Numbered from the stretch's first letter, positions 47,637-61,148 are shown. The stretch is DNA of 64,000 nt from Chrysomallon squamiferum (GCA_012295275.1 CM022679.1:23684001-23748000); one strand, 5' to 3'. The notes: generated from the sequence alone by a model not told the origin. Translations and numbers: made by a program.

Positions 47637-50600
47637 ACACCATTTAATGCCCAAAGAAAAAATATTACAAACTGGAAAATAAGTATCCAAATAATTATTG
47701 AATGATTGTTTGTTTTTACACTACACATCACACACACACACACACACCCACACACAAACACTAGAATAATTAAATGCTTACCTTGATAAATGATTTGGTG
47801 TGGGAAGTCTCTTTGAAAATTTTAATTCACCATGACTGTTTAGCTGACAACAGATGTCATCAGGAGACTTTCTTGAAACTTCTCCGTGCCTGAAAAACAA
47901 TACATTATAGATACCCAAAAGTTTAATCCTAGTAACTGATTATCAAAATTTTTGATTCCCTTTCAAATAATGAAGATATCCTACTGATAATTTTGGCTGG
48001 GCATCATGATTTTCATTCCCAATTACTCATTCATTTTACTCATTTTGTAATTTCTGCTATTGCGTTTTGGGCAAAAACAAATAAATAAATCAGTGAAAAT
48101 AGAATGCTTGATTGTAGTAACCATGCTAACATTATTCTGTACTCTAATATTTCTTAACTACTTGAGTTACTGCCAAACTGTTATTTTTATATACCATGTG
48201 ACTAGTGGTTTGTTATGGAGAAATGGTCTGTATCCTACAATACATTCGAAGACCACTGTTCCGAAAGACCAGTAATCCACAGTACACTGATATCGCTGAG
48301 AGGCAAATAGTTCAGGGGCCTTGAGAAAACAAAACAAACATTATTTTACTAAATATTCACACACATTCTCATGCTGGATATTTTCTAAGTCTGGTCTCAT
48401 TACAATGTGTTGTGTCTTTTTAAAGTATATATAGATGTTTGTACTTAATGACAAGAGAAAACTTGACACACAGTTGTTATAACCTCTGTCACACAAAAAA
48501 ATTAAAAATAAATAAACACAAACAATCCTTTCTGATGTTTATCATTATCCAGAAAAACACACGCACACACTGCATGTAAACAATGAATATGAAGATTCTT
48601 TAAACAATATATCTATCCATTTTATAAGCATTTAAACTACTTAAATAGTTAATAATGTAAATAATAATAACTGCTATAATAGTCTAAAATTGATGAATAA
48701 TTACAAACATATAATTAGCTAATTAACAGGTTACATTAATTAAAAGTTGCTGAATCTCATTATATTCATATATCAATAAAGTGATAGGATATTTTTGTTT
48801 CTACATACCAAATACTGTAACGTTCCAACAAATGATGTGCAGACACTCCCTTGGTCAAGCTCCTTTGCATATCCAAGATCTATCAACTTGTACACTGTCT
48901 GGTAAAATATATTAATCTTGTAGTTAAGCTCTACTTCAGGTAGGACAAATAAATAACAGAAATACAGTTTAAATACTTCATAGTAACTGTTTAATTTAAG
49001 ATACCAATGTTCGGGAATAATACAGTGTATGATAATGATATAAAGGCTTGTTAGTATTGTAACTGTTTTATAAATGTCTGCATGGGCACTCTCATTACAG
49101 GTTAAATTGAAAATAAAAATTATTTCTGTGGATTTAAAATTTTTGTCTTTTAGATCCCTGATAATTACACACATATATACATTTCTTTTAAAAAATATAT
49201 TCTTAATTATTTTGTAACGCCATAAGTCTAAAGCAGCATTTCTTTATGCCATTAATGTTTTATGAATACAAAACTGAAATGAGAACAACATTTTACAAGA
49301 TAACATTTGAAGTAATCATAAAATTAATCTAAAGGTATCCAAATATGAGGATATCTGTATATCACATGAGGAACAATAAAAAATATGACATCATGAAAGA
49401 AAAAACCTCATACAGTAATTTTAGTTGAATGTTGCAATTATAATAGATAAATAAAAATTAAAAATTAAAAATGGTATTCATGCTCAAAGTTTTGCAGTTA
49501 TTGAAATAACCTACTTTATCACAGATTCAGAGAAATAAAATTATGCTATTAAATTATAGACTGGCCATTAAAAAATTACAACAACAAAAGACAAAGTGTT
49601 ATGATAAGTTTTAAGAATTACTAATTCAGTGAGTGAAAGAAACAAATTATAATTACCCTTTCCTCCGACAGCTGCAGTACAATATTTTCTGGTTTCAAAT
49701 CCCGATGAATAATTCGGTTACTATGGAGATATTCTATTGCTGCAGCAATGTCCTGGACTAGATAACGTATATCATATTCCTTCATTCCACAACAGTTTTC
49801 TGGCTTGTTAAGCACCTGTAAAATGAAAAATAATGGTAATAAAATAATGCACCTTTCAAAAAGTATTAATGTTTGAAATGAATGCTTCGTGATGTCTCTG
49901 TAGATTTGTAGGTCAACAGTTATTAATGACAATGTAAAAGAGGAAACTGAAAGACAGTAGGATAATATTAACAGAAATGTAAGGATTATTTTATAAATAG
50001 ATGTGCTTTCAAACAGATCTAAAGGATATGCTGTGGTGCAGATATTGGATTATGAAAAAGTTCAGAAGATAATCTTACTGAATAGAAAAATATATGTTTT
50101 CATATAAATCAAAGGAAACATTAAAGGATTATGAAAAAGCCAAATGTGTAGAAAAGATTATTCCATTCCAACACTCAATCAAATAAAAACAAAATGATGC
50201 ACACACAGACAGACAGACATACTCTGCATACATGACCACCATGTATACAAAAAGAAGAAGAAAAGTATGTAAATAAAAATAAAAATGTACACAAACATAC
50301 TCTATGTAAATCTACACCATATATACAAAAATTTATAAATGCATGCACAGACACAAACATACTCTGCATACATCTCAATCACACATAAAAACAAAAATAA
50401 TGAAAAAAAAAAGCTATTCAGACAAACCAAAAGAGTGAATAAACAAAAATAAAACCTTGCTCAAACACAAACATATTTTAAGACGATCTCCATCAAATAT
50501 ATATAAATAAATAAAAAGATAAACCATGGACAGACAGACACAAACATACTCTGCGTAAATCTCCCCCAGCGCAGTATTCCATGGCGAGAACGGGCATCGC

Positions 50601-51535
50601 GTCACTGGGTGCATCGAGTTCGGGAGGAACATTAAGGGAGATAATCACATTGTCATGCTGAAGTCGTTTCATTATGTCAATTTCCATTTTCCAACGACGA
50701 CGATGTTTCTCTGTCATTTCACTCTGCACTCGACATACTTTTAAAGCAATCTGTTCTCCAGATTCCTGTGGGGCAAAAAAATAAAAAAAATAAAAATAAC
50801 ATAGAAAGATAAGAAAATTTATCTAAAAAATAATAATAATGTAGTACTTAATAACTAAAATTGATAAATAGAACTTTGAAGTAAATACAAAAAACAAAGC
50901 TATAAAAATAAACAAATAAATAAAATTACATTAATAATAAAAAAATAAATGAAAACAAATATATAAATAAATAAACAAACAAGATTATTTAAAAGTACAC
51001 ATAGAGAAAGGCATATTTCTGGAATATTTTAATCAAGATGGAACCATTAATACAGTATTTTCAGGTATTTCTGGAAGAATAAGAAAATAAATTTAACTTC
51101 ATAAAATCTTCACATGTCAAATTTTCTGCATTTCAAGTAAATGATTATAAACTTATATATAGTGAAAACTCTCCTTACAATGGTACAATAAAAACATGAA
51201 TCTGGTTTCTTTTTAACTCTGCTTAGTTAAATCATTTATACAAAACTATATAAACTCAACAAAACGTGTGTGTGTGTGGGTATGTGTGTGTGTGTGTGTG
51301 TGTGTGTCTCATCTATCTACATCTGCATTTTCTGTCTGTATCATCCACTTTGCTGACCTGTTTTAATACAATGACATTAGTATGTGTGTCTGTGTGTGTG
51401 CGTGTGCTTATGTGGATTATATGAAACCAGAACTAAAACCTTGTGTTGCCAAAGAGTGACATTTCCAAATCCACCAGATCCTAGCCTCTTCTTTTCTTCC
51501 CAGTTTCCTCGCACTGCCAACTGCTGCCTAGACAT
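40326..51535 (-). CDS. IKK: IkappaB kinase alpha/beta-type (CHUK/IKBKB family), 19 coding exons, ~763 aa
   Basis: Phase-consistent exons: 51535-51440 (LGSGGFGNV), 50765-50550 ([14 protein letters not shown]), 49815-49657 ([10 protein letters not shown]), 48898-48809 ([24 protein letters not shown]), 48319-48195 (APE, VDYWSFG), 47889-47782, 47545-47410, 47319-47128 (ubiquitin-like domain), 46135-46007, 45314-45223, 44394-44293, 43928-43876, 43437-43373, 43046-42934 (LQRSPF), 42697-42651, 42223-42115, 41663-41519, 41213-41065, 40491-40326. Sum is 2292 nt. The SxxxS activation loop marks the canonical IKK class rather than TBK1/IKKe. Confidence 0.93.
41890..42130 (-). repeat. Degenerate ~20-25 bp repeats echoing the IKK exon 16 donor junction
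   Basis: Multiple variants of (a)ccctagatgtgtgta in the intron next to the true CATCTAGG|GTGAGT at 42115/42114. Confidence 0.65.
46520..46830 (+). mobile_element. Degenerate Tc1/mariner transposase remnant in an IKK intron
   Basis: Across frames: [25 protein letters not shown] (cf. WxxVxFSDESRF), [10 protein letters not shown] and [11 protein letters not shown] (cf. SPDLxPIExxW). Internally deleted. Confidence 0.75.
50200..50565 (-). repeat. Degenerate echoes of the IKK coding exon 2 donor junction
   Basis: acaaacatactctgcgtaaatct is the true junction (50550/50549); variants occur at ~50215, ~50290 and ~50352. Confidence 0.65.
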
Positions 51536-51799
51536 TTTGTAGCTATGTTGTTGCTATTCTTCAATTACTGTAATTAAAACAAATATTTGAGTATTATTAA
51601 GAAGAAAGATGCCTTTGTAAATGTTCTGTAAGTTTATAAATCACAGAGGAAACATGGAATGAGAGAAAATGGTATCAGCATTACTATTATTCTGGATAAT
51701 GAACATTAGTACATACATTTCCAGATCATATTACATGTCAACAGACTATAAGAAAGATTTCAAAAAAGAAATTAAAAAAAGACAGAAAGAGAAAGAACC

Positions 51800-52050
51800 A
51801 GAAAGAACAATGAATGTATCTATTTAATGATGCTTCAAATATATAATGTTCAGTTTTTGTATAAGGGTGGTAAGAAAAAATCCTGCCACTGCCATTTCAA
51901 GTGATCTGTATCAGGTATTTACAGGTATTTACAGAATATAATGTACGACCAATAACAAGGCACTGATTAGGAAATGGCCCAGTGTGAATACTGACTGATT
52001 CTCTGATCTGTGATATCTGAGTGTGCATCCTGACCATAAAGCTATAGCTT
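51800..52050. mobile_element. Highly decayed SINE-like remnant (mollusc-type)
   Basis: aatgtatctatttaatgatgcttcaa...aagaaaaaatcctgccactgcca...gaaatggcccagtg resembles molluscan tRNA-SINEs, from memory only. A second SINE-like patch lies at ~44740-44900. Confidence 0.3.
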
Positions 52051-55000
52051 CAGATAAAACTGAAACCTAATAAATCATACTGTTTATGGTTCTATCTCCA
52101 AATCAACAGAAAATGTATATCAAGAGTTACAAAAAATTCAAATGCTTTAAAATTCTTAAATATGAATGTTTCTTTTTCGTTATGCCCAACATTTAATTCA
52201 GTTTTCAAGAAAAGGAATACATGAAGATCAAATGAAATTTATACTCTGACAGCATATGAAAGAAGGAAAAAAGAAATAAAAATAAAATTCCAAATAATAC
52301 TTTGTTTTGCTTTTTGTTTTTATCTGCATGCAACACCTTTTTTTTGGGGGGATGGTTTGAACAGCTGTATTTCATAAGATTAACAGTCATATATATTCAT
52401 GTTATTTTTTCCTATGTATTCTGTTTCTTTAAGTATTATGTCAGCTAAATGTTTTCAGCAAGAATCCATATTAGAAGCATTTTACATTGTTGGGCCAGTT
52501 ATGAAGAGGTATTTCAAAAGAAAAGTTCACCGATGTATAGAATATTAGTTGATGTTAGATAACTGTCAAACTATATCTAGAAAAAAAAGGAAAGAGAGAA
52601 TATTTTTTAAATTCAAGATTCATGCTAATGATGAACTAAATATAACAAAAATTGTTCATCACAATCACTACATACAAATTCATTTACTTATATTCTGAAA
52701 ATGTTTTTGGATAATACAGCATGAATTAAACAACAAAAACTTTCTACTGATTGATCCATTGTTTCTAAAGAAATGGTTTCATAAATTATTATTATTATTA
52801 TGTAAGTTTGGTAACATAAAAATAAAAAGCTTCCTATTAGCCACTAGTGTTTCAAAAATACATGAACTTTTTATATATATATATATATATAATACAGCAA
52901 AAAACAGGTAAGACTGTGTACTTTTAGCTTACCATGTGGAAAGAAAACACAGACAATTACATGACCAGTTGGTTTTGTGATAAAAGATAATGCAAGAAGT
53001 GTTATTTTATTTTGCTGAAGCTTAATAAATGTTTGTTGTGTAAAAACAATGTAATTTAACTGTTAAAAAACTGTATCCAGACTGGTAAAGTTCTTTAAAA
53101 AAAATTAATGTTTCTTTTTTTACGGTTGTCTTATTTTATATGTATGGCAAGCAGCTGATCTTTTATATTTTGCTTTTATGTGAAAGATCGCTTATCATAT
53201 CTTGTTATGCAAAAATAATGAAATTTCACTATTAAAGATATGTATCAGATGAAAAAAGGATAACACATATAAAAATAATAATAATGATATTATGAAAATG
53301 TTTCTACTGATGACACAAATTGCTTCAGTTGGTTAGATACTGTTGACATACAGACTAAAACATATACTTGTATGAATTCAAATGGAAATAAATAAACACA
53401 CACATACACAATTGATCCTCAGTTAATAGACTATTGGGTACAAAAGGGTGTCCAGTTATGATGAAAGTCTTCCAAATCACAAATGTTTTAAAACAATAAT
53501 AAATTAATATTTGAATATTATACATTTTTAACACTGTAATTATATTAAGTACTATTTATTGTTATATGAAATATTTAATTTACAATCAACACACTTTAAT
53601 AATCAACAAACAAAACATTTTTATTTCATAGAAGGTATTTTTACCACAACTGATAATTCAAATTGAAATCTTATGGTAATTAAAAATTTAATAACTATTC
53701 ATTTTTATTTTAGAGACAAATGTTCCTAATTTTATATTTATCACTCCAAAGAAGCATACATACTAATATTTTCATATATTACTTTAAAATATAAATACAT
53801 ATACTGTATACAGCAAAGTTGCCTTATTGTTGATTGTACTGATTTTTTTCAGAAATGTAATTTTGTATATAATTAAATATATTGTCATGATATTATCCCA
53901 TCCAGTTTGACATTTTATTGCAACTACTGACATTATTATTATGATTTTTAATTCTTTTTTTAAACTTTTTAAAACAGATATACATATACTGTCACATAAC
54001 TTTACATTATTATATACATATATAAAATTGGTGTAAAATTAAGTCACAATTTAAGCTGGATGTGAAAATAAAGGTGTATGTGTTGAAAAAAAAAAAAAAA
54101 AAAAAAAAAAAGAAATAATAATTATAAATAAATAATATTTACATATTTATTTATGGCTCATGTCTAATAATAAATGTAATGTTTAACAAAATAAATATTG
54201 GGGTTTTTGTCTGTTTTTTTTTTTTTTTTTATTTCTTGTTTACATCTATTAGAATTTAGATAACAAAAATTATTAGCTCAATTTTTTGATATACAGTTTT
54301 AATAACTTTTTTTTTTTTTTTTTTTTTTAATAATGACACTAAAATAACAAGAGTACTCTGAATCTAGGTTTGATGTTTAGTAATTAAAATAGATTGATTT
54401 TTAAAAAATTAAATGTGAAATATTAATTTGTTTTGAAAAAAAATAGAAGTGATCTGTTGTTTGAAATATTGCTCTAGAAAATACTAACACTTTATTATTG
54501 TATAAAGATCATTTTGATTTATTCTTGCTAGTAGCTTGCTTTTTACTTTTTACTATTCTGTTACTTTGGGAACTGGCTCAAGCATGTTAAAATGACAAAT
54601 AAAACAAGAATAATTTTTTAAAATATTAAAGAAGTTTGCCATTTGTTTCTATGCCTATAATTATGGCAGACTTTCATTGAAATTATTAAAACTGTGCTTA
54701 ATCTCTCTATATTATAGTAAACTGATAACAACATATAGTTATGCAAAATCAAAAATTAAAAAAAAAATAGTTTTCACAATTCATTAATTGAGAATAATAT
54801 AAATTTTATTTGATAGCATTCTTTTTGGTTTTATAAAAACATTTTTGTGCATAATATTTGGAGATAAATGGGGATTTTGTTTTACGAAAATTGACCTTAA
54901 GTCTGTGCCAAATCCTTACACTACAGAATTCAAAATATTTATAGGAACGGATTTTATTTTAAATTTAATGAACCATTTTGATTTCTTCGTTATCATGATG

Positions 55001-55200
55001 ATGTATTATATGTTAAGATATATGTCAGAAAATATTTCATGAATAAATTAAAAGTTTTAGTCTCTGTGATTTATTCAGTTACTGGATCTCTGATGAAGAA
55101 AACAGTAAATACTAATACTAATAACAACAAAATCAGTAACTTATTAACTGAAAGTTTTACAAATGTTATCTAGAAAAAATTTTCAAGAATACACAATTAC

Positions 55201-55480
55201 TTGTGGCATTAATCCTGTGATCTGAAATAAATAATAATATTGTTTAATGTTTTCTTAGTTTAATTCTTTACCTGTAATGCGATGTACAAATGGTCAAAAC
55301 ATTTCCTTCGATACTGCTGTTAAAATTTCGATACCAATGCGGAAGTACAGAAATCACTCGTACTGTTTCCGCTTACCGCTATTTCTCGTGGCCAACGTGA
55401 TTTCTCGGGATATACTGAATCTTTTTTTCTGTGAAATGATATCATTGAGAAAACCATTGCATTTCCCTGAATTTGTTATA
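55201..55480 (-). promoter_or_regulatory. Probable IKK 5'UTR exons (55231-55201; ~55370-55272) and promoter
   Basis: Donor TACAG|GTAAAG at 55272, mini-exon ttatttcag|...CAA|GTAATT, and an acceptor upstream of the ATG at ~51568. CpG density rises abruptly. ETS-like GCGGAAGT at 55339 and TTCN3GAA at 55427 and 55463. Confidence 0.55.
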
Positions 55481-55887
55481 TTATTGCATGAGTTTACAAG
55501 AATATTACGCACACAATGCTACAGATTATTGAAATTTTTGTTCGTATTATCTTTTATTTGAAATCCCTCTCTCTCGAGATTAGTCCGTCTAGATTAGTAA
55601 TCGATAATAACAAACAAAAACAATAAAATACAGATGACGGAATTATCTGAGAGCCATTAACAAGGTTGCATCTGAACCAGTATACTTTTCATTTGGTATT
55701 ACGATATAGATAAAACAAAAGAAAATTATTTAAAATAAATAAATAAATAAATAATACTTTATGTTAGTACGAATACAAGAAAAAAGTTTCTTTTAATACA
55801 GACATTATTATTATTATTATTATTTACATCATGAAAAAAAATATAAAAAAAATGTTTTTGTGCCTTTTCATTTCAGAAAGCGATATA

Positions 55888-55948
<61 letters not shown>

Positions 55949-56461
55949 CTTTTTATATCTATTTTGGTGAGCTTTAGACACTAAAGTCAGCATTATTTGA
56001 ATGCAAACTGTCAACGAAATTCATTATAGTTACCTTCAGCTTATTTAAAATGTTTAATACATTTAATTATGTCTGACGACGACAATAATAAATATTAATT
56101 TACAAAATATATGTTAATCTTCGTTATGCGTTTGCACCGTAACAAAAGATTATTGTTTTCCCATACTTAAATGTTGATAAAATAATACTTTAAAAAATAT
56201 CTAAACAGAAACTGAATAGCAGCTCTGTACAGTTTAAGCAGGTTTGGCGTGTCTAAATACAACCCTGATAATGTCATTTCTAATTATAGTTAATTACAGG
56301 AAACTACTTAAATTATTTGGGACGAATGAATATTACTGAGAGAAACCTAAAAGCAACGAGTGATAATAGATTGTCAGCGGCTGTCAGCTAATGTGAACAT
56401 ATATTAATTTCAGTGGACATGGTGGTTAAAATATTTTAGCTCGAACATAAAACATACTGGA

Positions 56462-58434
56462 ATGTCTATCATTTTCTTTTTGAATGTGATGCAGGCTATG
56501 GTTATTTTTCTTCTTCCAGAAAGTAAGTTTGTCGTGTTTTTTTCTCATTAATATAGCTAAAAAAAATTTAATAATAATAATTTTTTTTTTGAATTAAAAC
56601 AATTTAAAGAAAAATAAGAAAGAAAGAGAGAAAGAATGTTAATCAGTGTATTTTAAAACAATCGATGCTTTTAAGTCTTTAAAACTATAAAATGTGATAT
56701 TTATTGGCTGGTTGGTCGGTCGGTTTGTCTTTTTGTTTGTGTGTTTCTTCGTTTGTTATTTGTTTCTCTAAAGAGAACGTAACTGCATAACGGTTAATCA
56801 GAAATTGCTTGTATCAAGCATGAAAGAAGAAAGTAAGATTACGGCTGTTTTATTATTATTTATTTATTTATTTATTTATTTACAGTTGTACTTTGACTTA
56901 CGAGTTTAATTCGTTCCGTGACCGAACTCGACTCAAATTGCTTGTATATCAAATCAATTTTCCCAACTAAAATTATTTGAAATACCATTTATCCGTTCCA
57001 GTCCCCAAAAACCATCCCAATTTTTTGTAACGTCTTTTTAAATAACAAAAAATATGTACAAATAACAAAATAAAAGAGAACGTAAAGAAATAAATTGGTC
57101 TTTTCATGGACAGAGGTCCGCCGCTTAGAAATAATTTTAACGCCTTTGGCTGGAGTTATAGCCTTTATCGACTCCGTCTGCTTCAGTATGGTACATATCG
57201 TAAAAGGACTACACTCGTACTGCCTAGCCATGTTGATTACACGCACACCTCACTCATGTTTTTCTAAGAATTCAAGCTTTAATTCACTGGACATAATCCG
57301 CTTCTTTTTCTCACCACTGTCCTTTGCACTCACTTACTTAGGATCCATGAAAATTTGGCAAAATACTGCACAACACAACAGAAATGATAACACGGAGAGA
57401 GAACCACGTGAAGCAAACTAGTTAGACGCAGGATGGTGGACGGATGTTGTGTAGTTGTGCGCCAGTTAGAGGCGGCGTATCTAAATCTCACTCGTAAATC
57501 GGATTTTGACTCGCAACTAAAAGCAATAAATCGAAAAACTTGTAATTTGGAGCACTCATAACTCGAAGTACCACCCTATTTATTTTTACTTTTGTCGCCA
57601 AATACACCATATAGAGTTTACAGATAATTGTAAATACTAATATTTTCGTGGCATTTTCTATGGAGAAAGTTACAGAAGTCTTAAATTAGATAAAATGTTA
57701 TTAAAAAGTTACTAAATCTTTTTATACTACTTTTGATAGAGAGTAATCTATCTGCTCAAACATCAACATACATGATTATTTCAAGATAAAGAATTCAACA
57801 TTAATTTTAATTAGCATCAATAAAAGTATCGACATTGATCTTAATATAAAACCCTGGAAAGTATCAGTTTAATTAATAAACGTTTTATTCACATAATTAT
57901 AATCATACTTTACAATTTTGTTACGTTGATGTTACGATTCTCCCGGAGCCATTTGGAATCTCAGCCTGTATGTCACTACTGCTTTATTAAATGATGTATA
58001 TGTGAACATGAACATTAAAAAAAAAAAAAAAAAAAAAACCCCAAACCCAACCAAACAAACAAAAAAAACAACAAAAAAAAAAAAAAAAAACCCCCTCTTT
58101 CTGCTATTGGAAAAAGTAGCCAATTGCGTGGCAGCAACGATTTAACCCCTCTCATTATCTCTAGGGTCGTTAATGATGTAATTGAATATTTAAAATATCT
58201 TGACTGCATGATTTAATAAGACCATGTTTCTTCTATTTCCAATTTTTTTTCCAGTTGACTGTATAAAATGTTCACGCTGCGGTGCCTCTTATACTTGTGA
58301 TCATGGTGAACATCCGGTCACTATTTCCGGTTTAAAGTTCTGTGAATCCAAGTACACGGATTTGATCATTGGTAAGAATCAACATGATATATATATACAC
58401 ACACGCACACACATATACATACATACATACATAC

Positions 58435-58527
<93 letters not shown>

Positions 58528-58537
58528 TACACTTACT

Positions 58538-58569
<32 letters not shown>

Positions 58570-58910
58570 TATAAGGTGGAAGAATTTTTTTTATATATAA
58601 TGTATTGAAAAGTGTCCAGCCGTTTTTTGATCAGATTATTTTATTTCACTTGATTTTATTTTATTTTTATTTTTATTTTTATTTATTTCCAGAAAGACTA
58701 ATCGTCAAAGACTGCAAACATTTGCTAGATTTGAAATCTCTCTGTGATAGTTCTCTTGTGAAGGAAAACACAGAAATTTGTTTTGAAATTTGCTCTTACA
58801 ATACTTCAGAACATTCGTCTATAGCTTCAGAAATCAAGACTCCAAATATTTTATTAGTAGTTTTATTATTATTTAGAATAATCGTTAACAGACTGATTTT
58901 ATTATTTTAA
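56462..58910 (+). CDS. Small secreted, probably GPI-anchored Cys-rich protein (divergent Ly6/uPAR three-finger, Quiver-like), 131 aa, 3 exons
   Basis: Exons 56462-56522 ([21 protein letters not shown]|GTAAGT), 58255-58371 (IDCIKCSRC...TC...FC, G|GTAAGA) and 58693-58910 (IVKDC...LC...[11 protein letters not shown]...SS plus hydrophobic tail, TAA). Both introns are phase 1 with strong pyrimidine tracts; total 396 nt. Confidence 0.7.
56883..57576 (-). mobile_element. Internally deleted Tigger/pogo-like DNA transposon (~694 bp)
   Basis: TA flanks at 56881-82 and 57577-78. TIRs cagttgtactttgacttacgagt / actcataactcgaagtaccaccc match 17/23. Minus strand 57348-57100 gives [55 protein letters not shown], a CENP-B/psq HTH N-terminus with 2 stops and no DDE domain. 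Confidence 0.88.
58386..58572. repeat. Compound (TA)n/(CA)n/(TACA)n microsatellite
   Basis: Directly visible; it generates several spurious YI-repeat ORFs. Confidence 0.95.
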
Positions 58911-58977
58911 TTCTTGTGTATTGCACTAGTCCAATATATTCATGATGTTTGTAGAGGTTGCGCAATAGTTTTGTTGA

Positions 58978-59014
<37 letters not shown>

Positions 59015-59289
59015 GTTTCCAGCCTGCTCATTTGCGTTTCAGTATATTTACCACTTCGTTATTTGAAAAAAATACAACTATGTACCTTCACAAGTGTTTT
59101 CTTTAACGACTGAACATTACGAATGAACTGCTAAGATTTGTTTATAAACACTGATAATTAATTAGTATTATAATAAAATTAACTGAAAAATAAAGAATGC
59201 ATTTCACTGAAATACTCCTCTATGATTTTTTTTCAGTTATATCAAACCACTTTATGTGAATGCCTTTTAATGCTGTCGTACTGTTCATT

Positions 59290-59540
59290 GCTTTTTCAGT
59301 TGGTGCCAATGCTTCATTGTTGTGTGTTATTGTTGTAATTCGTAAACTTGACAGCCATCCTTAAGCCTCCCAGATAATGTGTTTCGAAAAGTGCTATCGA
59401 GTGTTGCTGTAAACAAATTGGGTGATAGGCTGTTTCCCTGTCGTACCCCTCTCATTATTTGGCTTTCTTTGTGTAGAAGAACAGTAATTGAGATCTTGGT
59501 GTAAAATGTCTGTCAGGAGGAGCTCGATAAATACATTTTC
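59290..59540 (-). mobile_element. RTE-like non-LTR retrotransposon reverse transcriptase fragment
   Basis: Minus strand ~59460-59385 reads IMRGVRQGNSLSPNLFTATLDSTFR (RT motif GVRQGDxxSPxLF); flanks are decayed. Confidence 0.72.
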
Positions 59541-60180
59541 TACAGAAAATGCAGAGTTGGATATTATAATCTAGGCGCTTCTATTTAAGTAGAAACTTAT
59601 ATTCATTCGATGATCTTACCGAGATCTTGGATTTCTGTATCGTGGTTGTCTAGCAGTGTAATCAGTCTGTTTTGGCCTAGAATACGGAATCTTGAAGTTC
59701 TCATCTCTTTCATTTCTCGAGTTTAGTCCAAATGTCCCTATTCCTGTTTACCTAGAGTCCTTTCGTTTCCCTACCTGTCCACTGAAATTCCAATTAATAT
59801 TGTGTAGAGTCCACATCACTGAAGACGCTATATACATTATCAATTAAATACATACACAAACATACGTACGTAGAGAGAGAGAGATATTAAAAACAGGCAC
59901 ACCCGCACGTACGTACTCATTGTAAAGTTCAAAAATGTACAGTTAGCAGATGAAATAATGGCTATTTTTAAATAATTTTGTCATTTATGAATTTTCTTTG
60001 GAATTTCTATTATTATTATTTTTTTTTTTTGTCACTTGTCAACGAAACATGACAAATACAGTAATCTACATATTTATTCCATCGCCGTTTCTAATAATTT
60101 ACATGAAATAGCAACATGTGTTAATGCCTAAAACATATTCAGAGCTGCCTGATACACACACAGAGAGAAAAAGAGAACAA

Positions 60181-60611
60181 ATGAATTTCTTCATTTTGTT
60201 TTTATCAGCGGTAATGTTTTTAACAGGTAAGAATCTAGTTAAATACTGGATTTGGATTATGCTTATAAATTTACGAGATTATTTCATTTCTGTGTATCAA
60301 ATACAAAAGTATATATAAAAAATATCTGCATCTAATTGAAATAATATTTTTTAATGCTATCCAAATACTGGTTTCTAAATAATCTGCATAAATAAAGTAT
60401 GATCAGACACATTTCCTTTTGCACATTTTCTTTTAAATTTTGTCTGAGAATCGGAAGAGTTTAATTATTATATTACGAATTTGGTAGTGTTTATTTGTGT
60501 ATACTGGTTTATGTCAAAACTACATTATAATTTATGCCTTTCATTTTGTAGTTTAATATTGTTTATTTTTTATTTTTTTATTTTATTTTTATTTATTTTT
60601 TATAAATGTAT

Positions 60612-60646
<35 letters not shown>

Positions 60647-61094
60647 TATTATTAAACTGATGTTGCACTGAATTATTACATTATAAATAGGGCTGACTAA
60701 CACCAAACTATTTTGTTCCATAGGCAAAGCCAACTACTTGTATCCGCGCTGCCCCCCAAAACAAAATTGCCATGCTCAGATTTTTTAAAACATGTTTTAT
60801 ATAAAAAATAAAAAGGCACCAAACCTGAAACCGCTAAATTTATTTTAATCTGCAACAATAAGCAGCATACGATACCAATAGCACCAATAATTAGGAAAGA
60901 CATAATATGTATTAAATAGGCTTTGGAGACAAAATTAACAGCCTTTTACATAAAAAACCTGTGATATGAGTGGTTTGAGCTACAAGTTTTAGATATATAA
61001 ATTCACAAAAAAATACAGATCAGTAATGTACCCCTCTGAGGTCTGCATCCAAACCACGATTGTCTAGCTGACCTAATGAAAGCGCTACATCTGC

Positions 61095-61148
<54 letters not shown>

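Noticed and set aside
60697-60903. Minus-strand 68-aa ORF with a hydrophobic N-terminus
   Set aside because: No supporting exon structure or motif, and it lies antisense within an intron of the better-supported plus-strand model.
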